From: Octopus bimaculoides
Taxonomy: Eukaryota
Direction of reading: 5' to 3'
Length of the DNA stretch: 46,848 nt
Assembly (NCBI RefSeq): GCF_001194135.2
Contig: NC_068996.1
Span: 24,852,895 to 24,899,742, forward strand
Numbering within the stretch: position 1 is the first letter of the stretch; each line of letters begins with the position of its first letter. Below are positions 37,485 to 46,848 of this stretch, in pieces. Below the pieces are notes generated by a model. The model saw only the letters and a list, made by a program, of their open reading frames with translations, made no database searches and had not been told where the DNA came from. The translations under genes and the position numbers were made by a program.

Positions 37485-40400
37485 TAATAACACCTATAAG
37501 GAGGTGCTTTATCCATTTACCAAAGTGAATGGAGCCTTTACCAAGAGGAACTGATGTCGTCAGACAGTATTCAACATTCATCAGCTGTTTTGACCCTGAA
37601 CTGCAACATCCTCCCGTTGGTGGATCAGTGGAGGAGGCCAAGTCACTGCTCCTCATCTCCTCCTGGCTTCCAGCTTAACTCCTCTCTTACTCCAAAGCCA
37701 ACACAAGGCTCTTTTAACTGCCTTTCCCATCCTGCGCACAGTCACCCTTCACTCCTTATCTCTCATTCCAATTGCTGTAAGCATCTTCTATGCCAATTGA
37801 GGAAGGAATCTCCTTCAGTTATCCTCAATTGGGAAAAACCATGCCTGCTATCCCTTCTCCCTGCAATCCTGCAGAAGGCTCTCATATCTGGCACACTTCT
37901 GTTCATGGGCCTCATCACACCCCTCTTCTCACAAGACTGATAGTTCAATTATGATAATTTTCTTGGCCTTTTCAGACTACAGGACTACATCTGGCCTCAG
38001 GGTTGAATGAACAACCTGGAGAAACTGCAATCTCTCCTTTAAGTCCACTTTCATATCCCGTGGTTGCACTAGCATAACTGGGGAACCACTTTTGAGTCTG
38101 CTGTAAGCAATATGTATTTTTGTGGCGTCTGGGGTGGCACACACTCTAGCTATGCTAGTGCATGGTTGAGATCCTGTAGCAAGCAATGTATTGTTTTTGC
38201 TAACTTTACTGGCCTCACTCCCTTGTTCCTGAATTTAATTGTTGCTGTTTCCTTCCCCTGGTGATGATGTTTTTTGTGTCTTTCCTGCTCCAGCATGTGA
38301 GCAAGTGTTACAAGTACCCTATCATGGCGCCATTTATATCTGCTTTGAGAAAGTGCTATTCCATACCCTGCCAAGATGTGTGCCAGAGTGCCCCTTTCTC
38401 CACAAAGTCTACACAGCTTGTCTTCTCTCAAACCCCATCTGTGCAGGTTTGTTGGTGTCAGGAGTGTGTCATACACCACCTGCAGCAGGAAGATGCAAAA
38501 AGGTTTCAGCCTCCACAGGTTAGTCTATGTGAGCTTCTGCTTAGGGAGATCTCATTTAGTCCATGCACCTTGAGATACCAACTTCACAGCTCTTAATTTT
38601 CTTCTTTCTTCCTCCTGGTACTGCATTGCTTTTTGGGTCATAGCTTGCCTATCCCTGGTGTCTGCTTTCTTCCATTGTTGGAAATAGGAAGAACCAAGAC
38701 CTTGGCGACCCCTGCTCATAACTTTAATGATGTCACATCCCTTCAGCCTGAGCAACTGCGACGCTAGCTTTCCACTTCCACCCAGATCTTGTACATTTTG
38801 CTACTTTAAATTCCTCCACTATGGATGATAGGGGAAGTTGTACAGACCTATTGAAGTGAAGCTTGGAGAACACCTAGCCATCTTCAGAGGTATTTATTTA
38901 TGCTACTCTCCACCCTTTCCACATTTGTCATCGGAATTACTATACAGCATCAACAACCATATGAGTCTTGGGAGCAGTCCATGTTGATAGAACCATGCCT
39001 TGAACTTTCCTGGAAGTCCTTATCTATCAGTCCTCATCAGCCACTCCTCTGCTTGTTTCACAATGTTGGTGACATTGCTTCTGTCTGAGAGCGACTTGGC
39101 AAATATCTTTCCAAGGTGTTTAAAGGATTTTCCTCTATTGATGCACTTGTAGCCTGATTTTGTTGGTTACTTTGCCTCCCATTGATCACCATGCTCCTCA
39201 ATTTTTGGGGCTTAAACCTCATTCTTGCTTATTTTGCCATGTGTTCTAGTGAAGTCAGCACTCTTTCTTCATCCACATGCGTTGCAGTTGTTACCATAAT
39301 ATCATCCCTTATTGGGTGCTGACAGCTTCCTGATTCCATTGTTGGTTCTTGGGCTTCTCTATCGGCAATTGATGAGGAGATTCATACCCATGATGACTAG
39401 AATGGGGGAAATCATGCACCCAGTTTTGATTCCTGTCTCAAGGTCTTGCCACCGAGTTGTGAAATGGGTTGTTCTGAAATGTAACTGGATGCCTTCAAAA
39501 TAACTGCTGATTATTCCCCTAACATGCGGGAGAATATAATAGCAGTTAAGGCTGCATATATGAGGGCATGAGGAATTGATCTGTTTGCATTTTCTAGATC
39601 CAGCCAAACCACTGTCAAGTCATATTTACTTCTCTTAGCCTCTTGAATCAACTGACTGAGAATTCCAGTGTGTTCCAGACATCCTGAGAAACCCAGAACC
39701 CCACCTTTCTGGATAGATGTGTTTATATACCCATTCTCAGTCATGTATGATGTCATCCTTTTGGCCAGTATGGAAAAGAAGATATTCTCTTCAACACTTA
39801 GGAGGGAGTTGGTCCTGAACTGATTAACAGCTGTGGAGTTTTCTTCTTTTGGCAAAAAACATCCTTCCACCTTCTTTCAGCATGGTGGGACGATATGCTT
39901 TGTCCAGATCTTTTGGAACAGTGTCAACAGCCTCCAAAGGAGTCGCGGACATTTCTTGTATACCACTTGGGCCAGGAACTGATTCCAATCCGGACTTTTT
40001 CACTATTTGTTCCACTTCTTTCCAGGATGGACAGCTAAGGTTGAATTTATTTACTGGTATTTCAGCTCTGCTGACATTTGGGTTAACATCAAGGGCTTCG
40101 TTTCAGAGGTCATCATTGTAAGTTTTCCTCAGAAATGCTTCTACCTTTTCTTTGGAACTGGTCAATTTCCCTGATTTGGTTTCTCCCAACAGCATTCAGG
40201 TGAGCCTAAAAGGGTTCTTGACAAATTGTGCTTGTTTGGTCTCCCTCTCTTTCCTCTGCTTCTGGGTGCTTTCTGCTCTTCTAAGCCTTCTCAGACATTC
40301 ATGGAGCTAATTTGTCAAGTCCCTTATGCCTTCTCTTTCATTAGTAGAGGTCCTCTTGTACTACTTATTGAGGGTCTTGATCTCTCCCCTCGGATGGTGC

Positions 40401-40895
40401 ATCTCTCTTTCTCTTTTGCAAAGTTTCCTTTTGATTGCTGTGGTAACCAGTCTGTCAGCTGTTCCAAATCGATCTTTTGCCAAATTGAATGCAAAAAGTG
40501 ACAAGAGCATCCACTTTCTGTTCAGCTGCTTCTGCCAGTGTGAAATCCAATATTATGTCAAGGTCTTGGTCCACTTGTTGCCATTTCTTTGTTTCACCCA
40601 TCTTGGGCCATTTGATTTGTTCTTTCACTGGCTGGGATTGGCCCCTCTGGTGTGGTATTGGGTGGGTTGCCCCTCCTGAGGACTTGAGGTGACACAGGTA
40701 CTGAAAAACTTACGGTCTTGTGGGGTGCTTCCTACCTGCATTTCTCCTGCATCTCACCAGGTGTTACCACTGTGCACTGCACCTGTGCCTCCTCTTTTCC
40801 ACTGACAAACCTAGCTCAGTGTATCTTGAGCCCTTTCTCGTTCTTGTAGATCTTTCTACAGTGACACTTTACTTCCAATACCTCCCCAACTACTG
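37485..40895 (-). mobile_element. Near full-length decayed non-LTR retrotransposon of the HERO clade (RT plus restriction-like endonuclease)
   Basis: N-terminal zinc finger CHCRKIYKNEKGLKIH; RT motifs QKGGVLGFSGCLEHT, TVVWLDLENA..SIPH, GIKTGCMISPIL; C-terminal CCHC region CRLCGERGTLAHILAG...RYKWRHDRVL; RLE STLRPDVV. Many stops and frameshifts. Clade assignment is from remembered motif similarity. Confidence 0.85.
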
Positions 40896-42044
40896 ATGTA
40901 TATATTGAGAAGAAGGAGGCAGTCAGAATTTTGGATAATTCTTTATTAGTGCTTTCATTCATTTTTGACAAAATCAAAATCGAAATGGTAAAAACAGAAC
41001 TTTTCATTGTTCATTTATATGAATCGGATGCATTTTGCTTTGTTTAGAAGAGGAGAATATTGCTTTTGTTTTTTGGGAAAAAGAGGGAGAGAGAGAAAGA
41101 AAAGCAAAGAGGGGGAGAATAGACAGAGAGAGAGGTTTCAGGACAATCAAGAAAAAGAAAAAATAATAAAGGATGGGGAAAGGATAGATAGATAGATAGA
41201 TAGATAGATAGAGTGAGAGAGAGAGAGAGAGAGCTTTCTTTTCTTTTTTTCCTTTCTCCTTTCTTTCTTTTTTCTTTCCATTGTATACCTATCAACATAT
41301 TTGTAAATAAACACGTTTTCTCACAAGGCCTGGTGACCTTTCAAAGATGTCAATTTTAGGAAGTAGGATGGAAAAAATAAGAAAAGAGGGGAAGGTATGG
41401 TCACCACTGAAAAATAAAAAAAATTCAAAGTCCTATGAAAATGTATATTCCTTTACACTTGTATTGTCAAATCCAATATTTTGTGTAATTCCATGTTTCG
41501 CATGAACAAACATTAAATATTAGTATAACATTCATAGATTAGGAAAATAAAGTCAGAATATAAAAAAATAATTTGGTATTGTTTATAATTCAATCTATTC
41601 TCTATGTACATTTAATCAAACACAATAAATGAGTTTTGTAATAGCATGTATATTGTATATTTAACTGGAAGTCACTCTGTAGAATATAAATTATATAACA
41701 AAACAAAGTCTGCTCGAATATATTTTTTGAGTATGTTTCATCCTTTTGTAGGATTTATTTTTATTTTTCTTGCTTGCTTGGATACAATAATTCAAAAGAG
41801 GTATTTTCACAAATTACTTTGCCAAGTAGCTACACTAAATATCTTTTCTCATCAGTGGTAAAATAGTTCTAGTATTCTCTCTCGAGTATATGTAAGTTCT
41901 ATAAGAACAACAGTTTTTCTTATTAATATAATCAAATATACATGTAAACATAATGTTTTCAGAGTATCTATCTATCTATCTATCCCCCTCTCCCTCTTTC
42001 TCTGTGTGTGTGTCTCTCTCTCTCTGTCTCTGTCTCTGTCTCAA

Positions 42045-42091
<47 letters not shown>

Positions 42092-42101
42092 NNNNNNNNN
42101 N
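42092..42101. other. Assembly gap (10 N) inside (CT)n
   Basis: Ns. Confidence 0.99.
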
Positions 42102-42167
<66 letters not shown>

Positions 42168-42393
42168 TTATTTATATATATATATATGTACACGTACATA
42201 TACCAGGGGTTACTCTTTGAATATTAATCTATTTGGTTCATGAAAATATGTTGGCTGAGCTCTTTTTTTGTATCACAATTAAAATATAAAGTGAAAAAAA
42301 AAATTCAGGTAATTTATGATTATTTATTAGGCATGAATTGATACCAGTAGTATAGTGCTATGGAAACAGCTCATTTTTTTTTTACCTTTGTAG

Positions 42394-42468
42394 GGGTAGT
42401 GTCCATAGCTTTTGTAGACCTTCACCCTTAACTTGTAACACTGAATCCAATAATGTTCTTGGAGTTTT
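42394..42468 (+). CDS. Candidate 75-nt symmetric internal exon (GSVHSFCRPSPLTCNTESNNVLGV)
   Basis: Acceptor cattttttttttacctttgtag|G, donor TTTT|GTAAGT, one open frame (phase 2/2). No partner exon identified. Confidence 0.3.
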
Positions 42469-42523
42469 GTAAGTCAAAGTTTAAGAACTTTCTAAAAAAA
42501 AGATTTACATTAATCTCAGCTCT

Positions 42524-43084
42524 NNNNNNNNNNNNNNNNNNNNNNNNNNNNNNNNNNNNNNNNNNNNNNNNNNNNNNNNNNNNNNNNNNNNNNNNNNNNN
42601 NNNNNNNNNNNNNNNNNNNNNNNNNNNNNNNNNNNNNNNNNNNNNNNNNNNNNNNNNNNNNNNNNNNNNNNNNNNNNNNNNNNNNNNNNNNNNNNNNNNN
42701 NNNNNNNNNNNNNNNNNNNNNNNNNNNNNNNNNNNNNNNNNNNNNNNNNNNNNNNNNNNNNNNNNNNNNNNNNNNNNNNNNNNNNNNNNNNNNNNNNNNN
42801 NNNNNNNNNNNNNNNNNNNNNNNNNNNNNNNNNNNNNNNNNNNNNNNNNNNNNNNNNNNNNNNNNNNNNNNNNNNNNNNNNNNNNNNNNNNNNNNNNNNN
42901 NNNNNNNNNNNNNNNNNNNNNNNNNNNNNNNNNNNNNNNNNNNNNNNNNNNNNNNNNNNNNNNNNNNNNNNNNNNNNNNNNNNNNNNNNNNNNNNNNNNN
43001 NNNNNNNNNNNNNNNNNNNNNNNNNNNNNNNNNNNNNNNNNNNNNNNNNNNNNNNNNNNNNNNNNNNNNNNNNNNNNNNNNNNN
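42524..43084. other. Assembly gap (N run)
   Basis: Ns. Confidence 0.99.
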
Positions 43085-43088
43085 ATAT

Positions 43089-43205
43089 ATAAGGTGTGGA
43101 TGTGTGGTAAGAAGCTTGCTTCTCAACCACATGGTTCTGGCCAAGCAAAGACTTGTGAGTAGATTTGGTAGACAGAAACTGAAAGAAGCCCATCGTATAT
43201 ATATA
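43089..43205 (+). mobile_element. 5' half of the microsatellite-containing SINE (split by Tc1)
   Basis: gtgtggtaagaagcttgcttctcaaccacatggttc...cttgtgagtagatttggtagacagaaactgaaagaagcccatcg, then (TA)n. Confidence 0.8.
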
Positions 43206-44702
43206 CATTGAACCACAAAAGAAACATGATTTTTCCAAATGTCATTTTTATATGGTAAATTCTGAAAATTTATTTCGGGGATGTTAGTGTAAATATTCCA
43301 AGATATGCTGGTTTATTGCTGAGACCCAAATTGCAGGTAACCTTTCAACTTTCCCGGAAACAAGATGCCAAAACGCAGCTGTGTTGAATGCCGTGGGTTA
43401 TGAAAACTGAAATGCATGTGCATCTCGTGGAAGTTATGGGTATAAAAATCAACTTGAACTGCATTCTTGCATTCATGATTTGGCTGCACCAGGTATGACC
43501 CGATTGTCAGCAGCACAGAGAGAACAAGCTATTGGCTGATTGCAAGCAGGGTAGTGTGTTCTGGTTGTTGCGAAAGCTTACAGTGTCCATGTCAGCATCA
43601 TCTATCGCCTGCAACAGCAATACAACAACACAAACAGCACTGCAGATTGTGCCTGATGAGGGCACCCCCAGGTCGCCACGCCCAGGCAGGACTGCTTCAT
43701 CCACCTGCAACACCTCCATGATCACTTCAGGCTGGCCAGCATGATAGCTCGCAAGACTGTTGGCACTGGACAGTGACCCACCAGTGACAACACGGTACAA
43801 TGTTGACTGGCTGCCAATAATCTGCGTTGCCATTGTCCTGCTCGAGGGCCAGTCCTCATTGCCTGCCACCATCAAGCATGACTACAGTGGGCTACACAGC
43901 ACCAGCATTGGTGGCATCAACAATGGAGGTCGATAGTCTTCTCCGACGAGAGCTGGTACTGTGGTTCCACCTCAGATGGCAGAGTGAAGGTGTGGTGTAG
44001 GAAAGGTGAACGCTACAGAGATGCATGTATCATGGACAGAGACACGTGGGGTGGCCAAAGCATCATGGTTTGGGGGTGCTATAGGCCTGAATCAGAGAAT
44101 TGAGCCCCATGTGTTCCAAAATGTTGGTGCAGGAAGAGGGAATGGTATCACAGCGCAGCGCTACGTTGACCAGATCGTAAGACCTCACATCATGCCCTTC
44201 TTTACACGTCACCATAGCCACGTGTTATAGCAGGGCAATGCTCCCTCCCCCATGGCCAGGGTCACCATGGACTTCCTACGTCAGCACAACATCAGAACCA
44301 AGCTGTGGTTAGCTCTCAGCCCAGATTTGAACCCAATTGAATGCCTGTGGGATGAAATCCAAGGCCGCCAACTCGTGTGGAACTGGAGGCAGCTTTCCTC
44401 AGGGTGTGGGCACAGGTGCCAATGGCTTTTGTGAACCGCCTCATGCACTCCATGTACCAATGGTGTATGGCTGTTTCAAACACCCAGGGAGGGTATACAC
44501 GGTATTGAACATGTCACACCCTACAATTTCGATGTGCTGGATCTGCCCACCACAAGAACACATGACAACGACCTATAGACTGTGGTCAAAGTGCATCCAC
44601 GAAATTGACTTTATCAGATCTATGAAAATTTATCTTTGGCGTAATGAAATTAAAACATATTTCACAGTCACACATGTCTCGCATTTCTTTTGCGGTTCAG
44701 TG
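43206..44702 (+). mobile_element. Full-length decayed Tc1 (DD34E) transposon
   Basis: TIRs cattgaaccacaaaagaaa / tttcttttgcggttcagtg, TA-flanked; transposase remnants WRSIVFSDESWY, MVWGAIG, RYVDQIVRPHIMPF, QGNAP, LSPDLNPIECLWDE. Confidence 0.93.
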
Positions 44703-44938
44703 TATATGTATATTTGTGTGTGTTTGTGTTTGTCCCCCCCACCATTGCTTTACAACCAATGTTGGTATGTTAACATCCATGTAACTTAACAGTTTTGCAA
44801 AAAAGAGACTAATAAAATAAGTACTAGGCTGACAAAGAATAAGTCCTGGGGTCAATTTTTTTGGCTAAAACTCTTTAAGGTAGTGCTCCACCATGGGTGC
44901 TGTCAAATGACAGAAACGTGTAAAAGAATAAAAGAATA

Positions 44939-44940
<2 letters not shown>
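44703..44940 (+). mobile_element. 3' half of the SINE split by Tc1
   Basis: tgtttgtcccccccaccattgctttacaacc...aataagtactaggct...aataagtcctggggtc...gtaaaagaataaaagaat. Confidence 0.8.
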
Positions 44941-44974
<34 letters not shown>

Positions 44975-44988
44975 TCACACACACACAC

Positions 44989-45022
<34 letters not shown>

Positions 45023-45116
45023 ACACTCACACACACACACACACTCACACACACACTCACACACACACACACACTCACACACACACACTCACACACACAC
45101 ACACACACACACACAA
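44941..45116. repeat. (TA)n then (CA)n with periodic CT interruptions
   Basis: Direct sequence. Confidence 0.95.
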
Positions 45117-45276
45117 TTGAAAAAATTGGAGTTGGGGTTGGACATTTATCTTTTAATCACTACAATTGTTTCTGCACAACGTAGTTCTCCAGGTATGCAG
45201 GTACTTGATTATGCAACTGTTTCCCTGCATTATGAGATCTAATCTCATAATGCAAGGAGTGCATCTTTTTTCCTGA

Positions 45277-46450
45277 CTAATGGACTTTTAGGCGACTTAT
45301 GCATGTTGACTTATGCATATTATTGTTGAGGTGGTTGTCCCTGGCCATAGGGTTGGTGCTAATGCTGCCAATGGTGATGTGGGTGCCATCAGTGATGTGA
45401 GTACTGTTGGGTGTGAAATCAGTAGCTTCACTGGTGCTGCTGGTATTGGCATGGTCATCTTCTCCGGTTGTAGCACTGGCACTGGTGCTGTTGGTATCAG
45501 TGCTGGTGTTTCTGCCACTATCACTGTCTCTGATACTGTCGATGTTGTTGGACGATCTGTTGCTCCTAAGCCTGGATGTCACTACCTACTGTGGTTGCTA
45601 GGCCTGGGTGTCACCACAGCTTCATAGATGACTCCCTCAGCCTCACACTGGCCTTCCACTGGACAGTCATTGTACACACTGCAAGAGCAACCTGCAGTAG
45701 GTAGTGACATCCAGGCTTAGGAGCAACGGATCGTCCAACAACATCACCATTGGTGGCATTAGCACCAACCCTATGGCCAGGGACAACCACAGTGACAGCA
45801 GCCACAGCAGCATCACTGGACCCGCATGTCATAATGATAACAGCGCTGACGGCAGCACCAGCAACACCGATGGCAAACAACAACATCCCCAGGCTCAGAG
45901 CCAACCGAAGATGCACCAGTAATGTGAACAGAGCCAACACCCAAGCCTGAAAATATATTGGATCAGCCAGTGCAGCATTCAAAGGACACTTTTTCGACCA
46001 CAAGTCCTCCTTTATGGTCCCAGAAAGATGATTTGTCACATCCCTGGCCAGCCATGTGCTGCATCTCAAAGATCAAGAGACCCCATACGATATCAAGTGG
46101 AAGATCTTAGAATGACTGGGCCCCTACACCAACAAGAGTTAAGATACTCAAAGACTCCCTGAGACCTGGGTTACTGAATACTTGCCAAAAAATCTTCAGA
46201 CCATGTATCCATTTCAAGTGCTATCTGCTGCAAGTATGGAATTCCCTATTCACTGACTAAGCCCCAAAGAGTCCTTACAATCCATTAACAGGCCAAGGGA
46301 TAAGTCCCTTATTCCCCATCTCCAAATAGCTGGTCTGGGGGCAATAACATATCCTCACTATTGCTGGACCTTTTATTCTCTGATGATTTTTTTGACCATT
46401 GACCATAACAACTTTCCACCTCCAAGAGGTGAAGAGTTAAATTTGTCTTC
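45277..46450. mobile_element. Rearranged Penelope-like element: two head-to-head fragments of the GIY-YIG region plus 3' UTR
   Basis: Minus strand 45604-45689: CSCSVYNDCPVEGQCEAEGVIYEAVVT (CxC-x5-CP-x2-GxC-x4-VIY). Plus strand 45951-46140: KYIGSASAAFKGHFFDHKSSF...TSLASHVLHLKDQETPYDIKWKILE.LGPY. Plus strand near 46202: PCIHFKCYLL. Confidence 0.85.
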
Positions 46451-46454
46451 GCAC

Positions 46455-46545
46455 CAGAATCTGATGAGTTGTCCACGAAGCTATGTCTTTCGTGGATGCG
46501 AAACCATTGATCACTCTATGACCAGACATTAGCTTAATTACTTTA
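46455..46545 (+). ncRNA. Type I hammerhead ribozyme-like motif, copy 1
   Basis: CTGATGA 46461-46467; G-C closed stem II containing tccacgaa/ttcgtgga; GAAA 46500-46503; cc-att-ga-TC; stem I agaat/actct (one mismatch). Confidence 0.75.
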
Positions 46546-46624
46546 ATGTATGTATATATACATATATATATCGTCAGTGTATTATATATCCAAAAAAGAA
46601 GCACACTCTAAAGTAATGTATTTA

Positions 46625-46728
46625 TAAGTAGTTAAGTATATGTCCTGTCATAGAGTGACCAATGGTTTTGCATCCATAAAGGGTTTAGCCCCATGGATGA
46701 CTCATCAGACTCCAAAGCCGAAGGTATA
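46625..46728 (-). ncRNA. Type I hammerhead ribozyme-like motif, copy 2 (inverted)
   Basis: Minus strand reads tggagt-CTGATGA-g-t-catccat-gggg-ctaaa-ccc-ttt-atggatg-c-AAAA-cc-att-gGTC-actcta. Stem I 6 pairs, stem II 7 WC pairs, GUC site at 46657-46659; GAAA reads AAAA (46669). Confidence 0.75.
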
Positions 46729-46745
46729 TAATTTTTCATATAATT

Positions 46746-46835
46746 ATATGCCTCTGGCTTCAAAGTCTGACATGTCGTCCATTGGGCTAAGCTCCATCGC
46801 TGTGAAACATATGACCAGACATATACTTAACTGCA
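46746..46835 (+). ncRNA. Degenerate third copy of the hammerhead unit
   Basis: tatgcctctggcttcaaagt-ctgacatg-tcgtccattgggctaag...gaaac...atgaccagacatatacttaact aligns with copy 2; the core is mutated and the cleavage-site segment is deleted. Confidence 0.6.
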
Positions 46836-46848
46836 TATAAATTATATA

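Noticed and set aside
37550-40899. actgatgt at both 37550-37557 and 40892-40899 as a TSD of the HERO element
   Set aside because: The element's 3' UTR appears to continue beyond 37550, so the left copy is internal; an 8-bp match is not significant.
45277-45627. Host mucin-like gene from the S/T-rich ORFs 45277-45582 and 45313-45627
   Set aside because: The segment is duplicated in inverted form and is bracketed by the two halves of a PLE nuclease, so it is better explained as part of the element.

Overview
AT-rich eukaryotic genomic DNA, dense in microsatellites and repeats, with five assembly gaps. The repeat families suggest an octopod cephalopod (Octopus-like); this is inference, not a database result. 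No host gene can be named. The window is mostly intronic or intergenic. Retroelements: head-to-tail arrays of a tRNA-derived SINE, several other SINEs (one young copy with a 12-bp TSD), decayed RTE and CR1/Zenon-type LINEs, a near full-length HERO-type (RLE) LINE and a rearranged Penelope-like element (PLE). DNA elements: a mariner, a Tc1 and several MITEs. The main observation is at the right end: three related hammerhead-ribozyme-like units in alternating orientation (+/-/+) behind the PLE. The PLE's GIY-YIG endonuclease is split across two head-to-head fragments and appears to carry a long Ser/Thr/Asn/Asp-rich insert between its GIY and YIG motifs. More degenerate hammerhead-like cores occur elsewhere in the window. 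A weaker hypothesis is a series of minus-strand 3' splice sites, each followed by a short phase-0 ORF and a stop, which could be alternative terminal exons of an unidentified gene. Most ORFs in the supplied track are translations of microsatellites or N runs.
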